From contig CAUYUJ010000002.1 in the NCBI GenBank assembly GCA_963575745.1, forward strand, positions 1,116,001-1,180,000: DNA of 64,000 nucleotides, read 5' to 3'. The translations under genes and the position numbers were made by a program. The notes beneath the pieces were generated by a model. It was not told the origin of the DNA. It saw nothing but the letters and a program-made list of their open reading frames with translations, and ran no database searches. The number at the start of each line of letters is the position of its first letter. Positions within the stretch are counted from its first letter, which is position 1. Source of the stretch: Prorocentrum cordatum. Its lineage: Eukaryota. Shown piece by piece: positions 12,072 to 27,252 of this stretch.

Positions 12072-13150
12072 AAGCCTTTTACGCTGGCTCAAGGCTCAAG
12101 CCTTTTACGCTGGCGCAAATTTTTGGCTCAAGCCTTTAACGCTGGCTCAAGGCTCAAGGCCACTCGAGGGCTTGGCTCAAGAGCGCTCCTGCTCCGATAC
12201 CGAGCTCACCCTGCTCACATCCGATACCCTTACTTCACTTTTCCCTCACATCCTACCGTTTGCCCTATCATCTGTTTCTCTCTTCTCTGCCCATTGCGGA
12301 CCGACGCCTGCCATGCCGGCGAGCGCGCGGCAGCCAGGCACCCCAGTGCGTGGAGTGCTAGGCGAACGTGAAGTCCGGCAACGCCTTTTCAGTCCACTTC
12401 ACGAAATGGACGGCCTGGATCATTCTCCGCCACGTCCGGTGGAGGTGCAGATATCTACACCGGCAGCTCCAGGTACCCCGCCCGAGGCATTGGCAGATGA
12501 ACGTTCCTCAGGAGCATCTCGGCCTACCTTGTCTCAGATTGCGGAAATCGTGAAACAACAGATCCAACCCGTGCAAAATTCGATTTTGGGTTTGGAGCGG
12601 GCAATGTCGGATTTGGGAGGTTCGCTTGAGTCGAGAATGGCATCCACAGAGACTCGTGTTGAGGACATCGAAATCCGCATGGCGAGCATCGAGAATGAAA
12701 TGCCCACCGACTCGAGGGGCTCCGGCGCAGGGTCCCAGACGGAGGAAAAAGTCCGGGAACACATCAAATCATTTGAGGACGAGCTCGCGAACTTCAAACT
12801 GGCAACATCCATGCCGACAGCGACCCCATCAGTGGACAATTCACGCTCTCTTACTGCCGTCGTCGGCGGCCTGAAAGACTGTGGAAACACCGACGACGCC
12901 TGCAAGTTGGTCGGTGACGCTCTTTGGAGCAAGTGGGCACCCTATCCTGTTGACCACTACGTCAAGGGCGAGTTCACCGGCATCCTCTTCTTGAAGTTTA
13001 CTTCTAAATTCGACTGGGACATCGCAGTGAAGACCCTCAGGGAGGCAAACATCCAGCACGGCTCCCACAACGTCTGGGCCAAACTGGATCTTCCTTTCGC
13101 TGTGCGTATGCACCAGTCGTTTCTTTTCAGCGTCAAGCGCATGATGACTG
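12067..13150 (+). mobile_element. 5' part of an RTE-like LINE: stacked spliced-leader relics, 5' UTR and ORF1 N-terminal portion (ATG 12313), interrupted at 13150
   Basis: Seven GGCTCAAG copies at 12067-12181 (one preceded by TTTT). ORF with coiled-coil-like stretch and TAVVGGL...GILFLKF...VWAKLDLP (ORF1-like) that loses coherence after FSVKRMMT. Confidence 0.8.
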
Positions 13151-13225
13151 CCTGGACTCTCCTTGTGGCGTGTTTTGCGAGATGCATGGGCACCGGAGCT
13201 CCGGTGGCGTTCTGGAGCCTCCGGT
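13151..13225 (+). repeat. left imperfect terminal inverted repeat
   Basis: Matches the reverse complement of 54015-54113 in two blocks (terminal ~32 bp and CACCGGAGCTCCGGTGGCGTTCT). Confidence 0.8.
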
Positions 13226-13339
13226 GACCCTAGACAATCGACGCCCACAACGCGACGCCGCGACCACGCGGCGCCGCGACAACGCGAGGCCGCGACAACA
13301 CATGACGCGAAACCACGACGCAGCGAAGCCGCGTCACCC

Positions 13340-13902
13340 GCGCGCGCGTGCGGAGTTCTGCATTGTTAACAATTGAAAAGTGGCCATGGTGGCATGGAAA
13401 CTAAAGTGAACCTTTAGCGGTGACCGAAAGGATTTTGGGTGACCCGCGCGGTGGTGGGTCACCCGCGCGCGACATGTAATTCCAAAAACTGAATTTGAAA
13501 TTTCTATGGCCTTTTAAGGAGGCCCACGAATGTGTCGACTTTTCTGTTGTGTACGAACTCGCCACGCGCGCGCGTGCGGAGTTCTGTATTGTTAACAATA
13601 ATAAACGCCGCCATGTAATTCCAAAAACTGAATTTGAAATTTCTGTGGCCCTTTAAAGAGGCCGACGAATGCGTCGATTTTTCTGTTGTGAACAATACAG
13701 AATTCGCCACGCGCGCGTGCATTGTCGACAATTTAAATGCCGCCATGTAGTTCCAAAAACTGAATTTGAAATTTATGTGGCCCTTTAAGGAGGCCGTCGA
13801 ATGTGCCGACTTTTCTGTTGTGGACAATACAGAAATCGGCACGCGCGCGCGTGCATTGTCGACAATATAAATGCCGCCATGTAATTCCAAATACTGAATT
13901 TG

Positions 13903-13934
<32 letters not shown>

Positions 13935-14538
13935 ATGTGGCCCTTTAAGGAGGCCGACGAATGTGCCGGCTTTTCTGTTGTGGACAATACAGAACTCGCC
14001 ACGCGCGCGCGTGCGGAGTGCAGTGATGACAATATGGATGCCGCCATGCATTTCCAAAAACTGAATTAGAAATTTCTGTTGCCCTTTAAGGAGGCCGACG
14101 GGCGGGCCGATGGTGGGCAATACAGAACTCGCCACACGCGCGCGGACGCGGACGCGCGCGCGCGTGCGGAGTCCAGTATTGCAGACAATTCAGTGATTGC
14201 GCTGCAATTCCAAAAACTGAATTTGAAATTTCTGTGGCCCTTTAAAGAGGCCAACGGACGGGCTGACTATTCTGTTGTGCGCAATACAAAATTCGCAACG
14301 CGCGCGTGCGGAGTTCCATGTAATTCCAAAAACTGAATTTGAAGTTTCTGTGGCCCGACGGACGGCCCGACGTGTTTGTTGTGGACAATGCAGAACTCGC
14401 CACGCGCGCGCGTGCGGAGTTCTGTACTTGTCCACAGTAGAAAAGTCGACATGTAATTCTAAAAAAACTATATTAGATTTTTGTTGGGGGAGGCCTCAAG
14501 GGAGGCCGAGGTGACACGTCTCCCGCGCGCGGGTGACC
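13340..14538 (+). repeat. subterminal tandem array (~8 units, 116-167 bp) bracketed by a 15-bp perfect inverted repeat
   Basis: TTCCAAAAACTGAATTTGAAAT...GGCCCTTTAAGGAGGCCGAC recurs at ~13480, 13619, 13751, 13885, 14052, 14208 and 14324. GGTCACCCGCGCGCG at 13457-13471 and its reverse complement at 14524-14538. Confidence 0.88.
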
Positions 14539-14946
14539 ACGCCGTCGTCGTCGTCTCGACCTCCCCCCCATGCATCGTCATCCTTTTCCTGCCTCTCATC
14601 GTGCTTTACTGGCTATGATCCGCTTGCTCCTGCCGTATCCTCCTCCTTTTCCTGCTTCCCTCTCCTCATGCTCCTGGTGCCTTTGTTCCTCCTCCATATC
14701 TTGCCTCCTCCTCCTCCTCCTTCCCTCCTCCTCCTATGTTACTAGCTATGATGCTGGCTATGCTTCTCGCTATGTTACCCGCTATGCCACCCTTCGCCCG
14801 CGCGTTTCGAGAACGGGGCCCTGGCCTATAGGGAGGACGTTGTGATGTGCAAGTGTTTCAGCCATCATCAGAGTCACTGCAACGTTCGACCGCGCTAAGC
14901 CGTGTTCCGGCGCTTGCCTGACCGTCTGTCATGCTTGCGCCACCGG

Positions 14947-17920
<2,974 letters not shown>

Positions 17921-17944
17921 GCTCCTGCGCGGAGCGGGGGTCGG

Positions 17945-17987
<43 letters not shown>

Positions 17988-17993
17988 GGGGGG

Positions 17994-18040
<47 letters not shown>

Positions 18041-19889
18041 AAGGAGGAGAAGGAGAGGAAGGAGGAGGGGGAAGATGAGGAACATGGGATGGGATAAGAG
18101 GACAAGGAGGAACAGGAGGAGGAGAAGGAGAAAGTAGAGAGTGGTGCGGCTGTCCTGGGCTGCGCAGCACAGGCAGCGTTTTGAAGAGCAGGGGCGAGTC
18201 CTGCGGCGGGGCGGGGGCCGCGGTCCGGACATTTCCCATAGGGCCGAGCGTTCATCCGAATGCGTTTTGACGGTCCAAAGCTTTTTGACGGCCCCAGGGT
18301 CCGAAAACGCACCCCTCAACAAAAAACGAGCGGTGGAATGCAGCGGAGGGCAGTTGAGGGCAGCGGAGAAGGTGGCGGAGAGGGCAGTGGAGAGGGCAGT
18401 GGAGAGGGCAGCGGAGAGGGCAGCGGAGAAGGCAGTGGAGAGGGCAGCGGGGGAAGGCGGGGCAAAGTGGGGGGGCAGTGCAGGGTAGTAGACGGCAGCC
18501 ATGGAGAAGGGGGCAGCGGAGAGGGCAGCGGAGAGGGCAGCGGAGGAGAGTGGAGGGCAGCCATGGAGCAGGGGGCAGTGGAGAGGGCATTGGAGACGGC
18601 AGTGGAGGGCAGCTACGGAGGAGGGGGCAGCGGAGAGGGCAGTTGAGGGCAGCGGGGCGCAGCGGAGAGGGCGGTGGAGGGCAGTGGAGGGCAGCCGTGG
18701 AGGAGGGGGCAGTGGAGAGGGCAGTGGAGGCCATTTCAGTGGTGCAGCCTGGCAGTGTGGCATTATGTCTCCTCCTCCTCCTCCTCCTCGCCCTCCTCCT
18801 CCTCCTCCTCCTCCTCCCCCTCGCCCTCCTCCTCTTCCTCCTCCTCTTCCTCCTCCACCTCCTCCTCCTCCTCTTCCTCCTCCTCCTCCTCTTGCTCCTC
18901 CTCAGTCCCCTCCCCCTCCTTCTCCTCTTCCTCCGTCCCCTTTTGGGGTTCCGCCAATTAAACTCGGTGGAGGCCAGTCGCCTCCAGCCTAGATAGCGCG
19001 CGCGCGTCATGCAATCGGGGTGCTCCATCCTCTCCCTCTCCTCCTCCTCCTCCTCCTTCTCCTCCTCATCATCCTCCTCCCCAGCATCCTTCTCATCCTG
19101 GTCCTCCTTTCCGTGTCCCACACGCTCTAACACTGACCGAATGTCTCCATCATCTTGTCATATTGCCTTCTTATCCTTCTCGTCCCACACCCTCATCATA
19201 CTTCCTCAAACCTCCTCCAATATCATCCTGCCTCCTCCTCCTCCTTCTCCTTGCCCTCATCCTCATCCTCCTCCGCTTACCTCCTCCTGCCCCCCCCCCC
19301 ATCTCCTCCCACTTCATCGCCCCTCTGTCACCTCCTCCTCCGCCGCCTCACCCCGGAGTCTAGCTAGACGTCGTATGGGTGCCCCAGCGCCCTGCATTGA
19401 AGGCGACGCCCACTAGCCAGCAACGCGTGCAAATCGAACGCGTCGCTCGATTCGGCGTTGCACCCGACGGGCGGAGAAGGGGCGGTCGAGCGGGTCGAGG
19501 AGGGAGAGTAGCAAGAAAGCTAGCAGCGCCGGCGTTGCATGCAGGGCGACCCTCGGACGCACTACGCGGGCCACTCAAAAACCACGGGAGAGGTGTGGAA
19601 TGGCATGTGCAGAGGAGATGTTTGGGAGTAGGTGGTAGTAGGCAGCAGGGGTAGGAGCATCCCGAGCCAGTGTAGTGTTGGCCCGCGCAGCTTTGAATTC
19701 ATTCAGAATTGAGCGCTGACATCCCGATGCCCTCAGAGCTCACGCTGCCCCAGCTCCCGCGGCCGGTTTGCTGCCCGACGCCGACCCCTTTCTTCCCTCG
19801 TCCTCAGAAGTGGTGGAGTGGGAGTTTGGATGAGGAGGCAGGGGAAGAGAGGAAAGAGGAGGAGGACGACGAGGAGGATAAAGGGAAGA

Positions 19890-22475
19890 AGGGCCCCAGC
19901 CTGGCGCTTCTTCACGTTGAGAATGGCCTTCGCGTACTGGTTCTTCTTCTCCCAGAGCTCCAGCATCTGCGTCGCTTTCCCCTCGAGCACCTTGCACTGG
20001 GTCTCGTGGGCCTTGTTCTGCGAGACCAACCCGAAGGACTGCGTGTAGACCGACTCCAAGGCGTTGCCGATCTTCTCGAGCTGGTCCGCCAGCTGATCGT
20101 TCACGTTCAGGAGCCGCACCGTGATCGTCTGCTTGCGGCGCGTCCCGACGGCGGTGGAGACCTTGCCCATGAGCGCCTTCGCCTCCTTCACCTTGTCGGT
20201 CGGGCTCATCGGGGTGCCACCCTTGCCGCCAGTGCATCCGGCACCATCGCCACCCGCTTCTCCCGCGCCACCCGCGGCGCCGCCCGCGCCTCCTGCGCCA
20301 GCAGCCGGCTGGCCCGCCGCGTCGGCGTGGCCGCCCGCGCCGGACGCGTCGGCCTTGCCGTTCTGGACCTTGCCTTTCTTCCCTTTGCCCTTGCCCTTCT
20401 GCGACTTGCCCTTGCCCTTCTGGCTCTGGCCCTTGCCCTTGGACCAGTCCCACCAGGCGCCGTCCTCGTATTCATCGTCGTCGACGTCCATGTCCGCAAT
20501 GTCAGCGAAATCCGAGAAGCCGTGCATGCCGCCGAAGGTGCCCGTGCTGCCCAGGCTCCCGGATATGGCCGCTGCATCGTCGCGATCCTCAATCGCGATC
20601 ACTTGCTCGAGCTCCACCTCCTCGGAGAGCTCGCGGTGGAATACGATGGCCTCCTCGTCCAATATCCAGTACATCACTTTCTCGTCATCTTCGGGGACGA
20701 GGGGGCCCCTGGTGACCCTCTTCTTCTTCTTGCAGTCGGCCATCACCTTGAGGACGTACGCCTCGTCGTTGTGGAACTTATTCATCAGATCCTGTTTCGT
20801 CATCTTCAAATACTTCCTGGATGCGTCCTGGAGGTTCCTGAGCTTCTTCCTGGTAACTAGCTCGAGCATCTCCAGGTTCTCACCCTGCTGGAACCAGTCC
20901 TTGAACAGGTCTGCTTTTTTCCCAGCGTCCTTGAAACGGGCCACGAGGTCTGGGTGTTTGGCTTGATTCTTGGGATTCTTCATCGCACGGCATAAGCGCA
21001 TGTCCGCGTCCCTCTGCAAGGGGGGCCTCCAGGACTTGGACTCAACACAGCCCTGAAGATGACGAGCCCCAGGGCCGACGACGTCCAAGAAAACTGCAAC
21101 TTGAGGCTGCCCCCCACGAGCTCAGAACATTAAGGGGGGCAAGCTCGGGATGTCGGAGGGCCGCCAGGCCAGCCATATAGGCAGAGCGGTGCGCGTTGGA
21201 GTTGAGGTCGATGGGCGCATCTTGCTGGTCGTGGCCGTTGATGCTCTCGGCGCCCTTCCCGCTGCCAGCGCCGCCACTCCCCCCGGAAACGTCGGTCATC
21301 GATGGCGACGCCAGCGTTGCGGCTACATCCGCTGCTATTGGCGCATGCGCGTTCTTATCCACCTGCTGCCCCTTCGCGAGTTTCGCCTCCAGCTGCTGCC
21401 CGAGCGCCTCCGCCTGCGCGTCGAACTCCGCGAGTGCCCTCGCTCTGTTCGCAGCCTCCTCTGCATCCTTGGAGGCCTGCATCAGAGATGTCGCCGCCTG
21501 CTCCCGCCCTGCTGCCGCCTCAGCCTTCTGCGCAGCCGCTGCCGCCTCAGCCGTCTGCGCAGCCGCTGCCTCCTCAGCCGTCTGCACAGCTGTTGCTTCC
21601 TCAGCCTTCTGCGCAGCCGCTGCCTCCTCAGGCTTCTGCGCAGCCGCAGCCTCCTCAGCCGTCTGCGTTGCCGTTGCCTCCTCAGCCGTCTGCGCAGCCG
21701 CTGCCTCGTCAGCATTCTGCGCAGCCGCTGCCTCCTCAGCCGTCTGCGTTGCCGCTTGTGCTTCGCACGGGCCGGTTGCCGCTGCCACGGCTGCCGCTGT
21801 CGCGGCGTCCATTGATGCTATATCAGCCACTGGCCCAGCTGCGTCACCTGCCGTGGCGGCTGCCAGCTGCGCCGCATCCGTCACCGCCTCGACCTCCTTC
21901 GTGCCCAGGCGCCTCGCGACGCGACGCGGCCCCTTCCCATCCACCGCAGCGGCGAGCGCCTCGTCCGCCGAAGCGGGCACCTCCTCCACCTCGGCGGGCA
22001 CGCCCTCCCCCGCAGCGGCGGCTGGGGCCACGCAGCCCGCGCCCGGGACGCGCCGCCTCGGAAACAGCTGATCGATCGGAATGCCGCGATTGATGGTGGG
22101 CGCGAAGACGCTCGCTGGAGGGATGTAGACGGCCCCCTCGAACGAGCCGACCGCCGCGACGGGCGCCTCATCCGAAGCGGCGGGCGCGCCCTCTGCGGCG
22201 CACGCCTCCTCGAGGGGGCATGTCCCCGCGCCGTCCAGCATGTCCGCAGCCGCCGCCTGCTGATCAAAGACCTCGGCCTCCGCCTCCAGCGCGGCCATGG
22301 CGCCCCAGGCCGAGGGGTCGACCGCAGCTTCGGCAGGGGCATTGCCAGAGCCCGCCGCGCCCTCGCCGCCCATGATCGCGTCGACCTCGGCGCTGACATC
22401 GCTGCTCATGCCGAAGTTCGCCGCCGCGTCGTGCTCCGGGACTCCAGCCTCCATGACGTCGGCGACGGCTTCCAC
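19890..22475 (-). CDS. companion gene A, unknown function (Ala/Glu-rich N-terminus with 10-aa AAQTAEEAAA repeats, conserved-looking central domain, KG-rich linker, helical C-terminus)
   Basis: Two long GC3-rich ORFs (21042-22475 and 19733-21088) joined by a probable intron at ~21175-21010. Central motifs LFKDWFQQGEN, MTKQDLMNKF and PLVPEDDEKVMYWILDE. Confidence 0.72.
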
Positions 22476-22649
22476 CTTGCCGCCACTCGCGAACTCCTCT
22501 GGGGCGGAGCGGCGGCGGGGGGGGATGGGGGCGGAAGCAGGAGAAACAGGGGAAGCATTTCCTCCACGTCCTCCTCCTCCTTCTCCTCATCCATATTCAT
22601 CCCCTCGCCTCCCTCGTCATTCTCAGTATGCTTCTCGGTGTCCTTATCA

Positions 22650-23837
22650 TCCCTCCTCGGCGTCGGGCGCTCTGCGGTTACTTGGGCGCCCCGGGCCTCA
22701 GGCGGCTTGCGTGCAGATTGTGGGGGTGTCTCAGCACTCCCTTTCGACGGGTCATGTTTGCCACGATTTGGGCGCCCCCAGGGGGGGCCGCCAGGGGTGG
22801 GGGCACTCCAGGATTCGCGCCCAGACTGTGGGGATGTTTCAGGCGGTTTGCACGGCGGCTTGGCCACGCTCAGACGCGCCCACACCCAGACTCAGAGCCA
22901 TGCTCCGATTCGCCCAAACACTGACACACACACACACGCACACGCGCGCTCAGACCCACTCAGACTTCGGCTCGCTCGCGCTCAGCATGCCTCACACTCA
23001 GACTCGCTCGCGCTCAGGCTGTGCCAAGACAATGGGATGAACGTGTGGGGCTCTCTGCGTCGCGTCATTATCCCTGCGCGGGTCCCGGCGCATGGCGTTT
23101 AAAGCGGCTCGCGACACCTCGCCGCCGACGAGGTTCATCAGGTTCGGATCGTTCAGCGTGGCGTCGATCATGGCGGCGGGCTCGAGCCCGAAGGTGCGGC
23201 TGAATGTCTGAATGCCCGCCCGGACGTCGGCGTCGGATACCTTCGCAGGGCTCGGCTCATTCGGGGAGGAGGAGGCTGAGAGAGGAGGAGAAGGAGGAGG
23301 AGGAGGAGGAGGAGCAGGAGGAGGAGGAGGAGGAGAGGAGGAGGAGGAGGAGAAGGAGGAGCTCACCAAGGGGAAACTGCACACAAGATTAAAGACCTGG
23401 CCAGGAGCAGACCCGTGAGCACGCATAGTCCTCCTGGAGCGCAGGGATCGGACTGGCCGAGGCGGCGTGCGCGGGAGGAGGAGGAGGAAGAGGAGGAGGA
23501 GGAGGAGAGGAGGAGGAGGAGGGGAGGAGGAGAGGAGGAGGGGGGGAGGGGATGGGGGAGGGGATGGGGATGAGGGGGGTGAGGAGGATGGTGGTGGGGG
23601 GGGGGGGTGGGGGGGGGGGGGGGGGGGGGGGGGGGGGGCGGGTGGTGTGTGGTGGTGGTGGGGTGGTGGTGGTGGTGGTGGTGGTGGTGGTTGGTGGGTG
23701 GTGGTGGTGGGTGGTTGGCGGTGGTGGTGGTGGTGGTGGTGTGGTGGTGGGGCGTGGTGGTGGTGGTGGTTGGTGGTGGTGGTGGTGGTGGTGGTGTTGC
23801 GTGCGGCGCGTGTGGGGTGGGGGTGGTGTGTGCGGGG

Positions 23838-23877
<40 letters not shown>

Positions 23878-24997
23878 AGGGGATGAGGGATGGGGGGAGG
23901 GGGGGGGGGGGGGGGGGGGACGGGATGAGGCGCGAGGAGGAGGAGGAGGAGGAGAGAGGGGGGGGAGAAGGAGCAGGAGGAGGGGGGGGGGAGGAGGAAG
24001 GAGGAGGAGGAGGAGGAGGTTCATTTGCATGCATAATACGAGGATGAGGGGGATGGGGGGAGGAGGGGAAGGGGGAGGAGGAGGAGGAGGAGGGGGGGAT
24101 GAGGAGGAGGAGGGAGGGAAAGGGGGAGAAGGAAAGGGGGAAAAGGAAAGGAGAGGACTCAAGCCCAGGTCGCCCCAGAGACAGACGCGGCATCGCTCCA
24201 GTCGTCCAGGTCACCGTCGACCGCGGGGGGCCCGCTCGCAGTCCTTGGGGGCTTGGGCGGCGGCGTCACGGCGAACGCGGCCATGCGCTTCTTCTCGAGG
24301 GCCTCGTTCGTTCGATCAGACCGCGTCAGCATGTATGTTTCGATCTCGTCTGGCACTTGATCAGAGTGAGGCGGCCAGGCCGTCATTCACTGCACCGCGA
24401 CCCACCCGCGACCCACCCGCGACCCGCCTGCGACGCACCCCGCGACCCACCCGCGGCCCACCCGCGACCCGCCCGCGACGCACCCCGCGACCCACCCGCG
24501 ACCCGCCCCGCGACACACCCGCGACCCACCTCGCGACCCAACCCGCGACCCACCCGCGACCCAACCGCGACCCACCCGCGACCCACCCGCGACCCACCCG
24601 CGACCCACCCGAGACCCGCCCCGCGACCCGCCCCGCGACCCACCCCGCGCCCGCCCCATCATTACTATCAGCATTTGCGGGGTGTTACGTTTGGTGCCCA
24701 TTTCGTCCCCATGACCTCGCATTGCTGCCACGCCTGGCACGCGTCGACGAACTCGCGCCGTGCACGTTTGCGTTCATACGCATCATACCGTGCAAACGCC
24801 ATGCCCATCGTGTGTTCATCCGTGGTGACCACCTTGGGCCGCGGGACCTCGATGGGAGCCGAGTGTAATGATGTTGGCAGCGATCGTATCTACCATGTCG
24901 GTTCACCCCATAGCTCCAGATATAACTGCGCAGCCCTCCTCTTTATCGCTCTGTCCCTCTCTCTCTCTCTCTTTCTCTTTCTCTTTCTCTCTCTCTC

Positions 24998-25028
<31 letters not shown>

Positions 25029-25745
25029 CGATCTCGTCATATATATATATATATATATATATGCCGTTCCCTCCCCCCGTCTCCCAGTATCAATATCTTG
25101 TCGTTTATCCCTGCACGCGCACCCCTCCACCCGCCATCAGGGCTCCGACCCCGGAGAGCATGCATTAAGCCCGCGGCCGCCGCTGCAGAGCTTGCAGTCG
25201 ATGAAGGCGTCGCAGGCGCCCTGCCTGCCCTGGCGGGCGCAGCGGCGGGCACCGAGCTCGCCCACGAGTGGGGCTGGCCGGGGGCAGCGGCGGGCGCCGC
25301 GCTCACCCGCGCGGGGGGCAGGGCGGGCGCCGGCTTGGACGCCGCACTCGCCTGGGCGGGGGGCATCGCCTGGGCGGGGGGCCTCGGGCGCGCGGGCATC
25401 GCCTGCGCAGGGGGCGTCGCCTGCGCGGGGAGCCCAGCGGGCATCGCCTGCGCTGGGGGCCTCATCTGCGCGGTGGGCGCGGCGGCGGGCAGCTTGCCAC
25501 GACCTGTGGCTCTGGAGCTTGGCGCGCCAAGCGCGTGCGCCGCCATCGGCGCCCCCTTGGACGTCAGGCCTTCGGGGCCACCCTTGGCGACCAACATGCC
25601 ACCGCCCGTGGGGGCGCCCGTCCCTTTGCCTGCAAGGGGATCCATGGGCCGCATCGGAGCGAGGGCCTCGGGGGCGTCAGCAGCGTCAGAGCGAGGGCCT
25701 CGGGATAGCGCTCAATCAGATCTCTTGCAGCCGCAAATGGCTAGG
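22650..25745 (-). CDS. probable multi-exon gene of unknown function (exon-like blocks ~25740-25160, 24935-24670, 24390-24170, 23260-23010)
   Basis: Complex, codon-like blocks (e.g. VPDEIETYMLTRSDRTNEALEKKRM, DADVRAGIQTFSRTFGLEPAAMIDATLNDP) separated by microsatellite-filled spacers. No recognisable domain. Confidence 0.4.
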
Positions 25746-26319
25746 GGCATAGAGCTAAGCGATGTCAACGTTTTTCAGCGTGGGCCCCAACCGGTGTGTT
25801 CTAGTATGCTATGCGTGGTGCAACATGAGGTACAACCCTACGCGCAAGCGATGTTTGGGGCATATAATGATGAATGACAGTTGCGCACCGAGAGCGATGG
25901 CCACATCAGACACGCAACTATGGCAAGCAGACTTACATAACTTCAACACGTTTGAGCTTCACAAGTTTGGCCCGTGAAGCGTGACGATTCACGTGAAGTA
26001 CCGGGTATTTCACGTGAACTTCACGCGTGAAGCGGTTCACGGTCGTTAGCGGGTAGTGCTTGAAAACATCTTTCGGCATCTTGGAACCATGCTGGGGGCA
26101 TCTCGGGAACTTATTGTGGCAAATTGGGGCACCCTGGGAACATTATTGGGCATGTTGAGGCCGATGATATTGCCTGGGAACATCATTGGGCATCCTGCAG
26201 CCTCCTGGGAACATATTGGGGCATCTTCGGGGCGTCCTGGGAACCTCTGGGGGTAGCCTGGGAGCTCCCAGGGGCACCCCTCCCAATCTGAAAGACAGAC
26301 GAGTTACGCGGAACGTGCC

Positions 26320-26352
<33 letters not shown>

Positions 26353-27252
26353 AGGAAGCAACGCCACAACGGCAGCTGCGCTGACGACGACGACGACGAC
26401 GACGACGGCGCAGGCACGGAAAGGCCTCGCTCCATCCGACGGGGAGCCCGAGAAAAAGGACGGGGAGGAGGAGGAGAAGGATGAGGATGTGGAGGGGCAG
26501 AGGACGGGGGGGGGGATTGGGGGGGGGCGACGAGACACGTCGCCACTCTGAGCAAGGGCAGCACCAACATACGCAGATGGCGGAGGAAGGGGAGGAGGAG
26601 GCAGGGGGCGGAGGAGAAGGACTGTGCATCTCCCTCGCGTGGTTCACTCGGATGATGGAGGATGGAAGAGGGGGAGGCATGAGGGGGGCGAGTGGCACGG
26701 TCCAGCTATTCAGATCGCTCGCTACATGGCGCAGTCACACAGTTGCTACTCATTTCCTCACATCGGCCCTCGTCGCCCCACGCTTGCGTAGCACCCCGCA
26801 ATTGCGCAAAAGAGTGAAATGGCGGGTCGCGGGGTGGGGCGCGGGGTGTGTCGCGGGCGGGGCGCGGGTGGGTCACGGGTGGGTCGCGGGCGGGTCGCGG
26901 GTGGGTCGCGGGGCGCGTCGCGAGGCTGGTCGCGGGCGGGTCGCGGGTGGGACGACGACGACAATAACGACAAACCCAGGGGCAGTGAATGACCGTTCGC
27001 CCCCCTCATTCTGATCTCATCTACAATTTCAATTCTCGCTGCGCGTGCTCCCGCAGCTGAGCCAGTAGGCGGCCGGCGCGAAGGAGGGTGGAGAGAGATA
27101 AGGGGGACAGAGGGAGTGCGAAGTGGTGGGATGATGGGGATATGTGCAAGCTGAGACTGCATCGGCATAGGGATGATGATAGTAACGGTGATGATGCTGA
27201 TGACGATGGTGGTGCCGATGTTGCTGATGATGTTGGCGTTCACTCCACTCCG

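Noticed and set aside
18350..18730. 12-bp GCAGTGGAGAGG tandem repeat giving AVERA/PSPL ORFs
   Set aside because: Common minisatellite, also at ~29520. No coding support.
19709..20966. Long plus-strand ORFs opposite companion gene A
   Set aside because: Antisense shadows of a GC3-rich minus-strand coding region.
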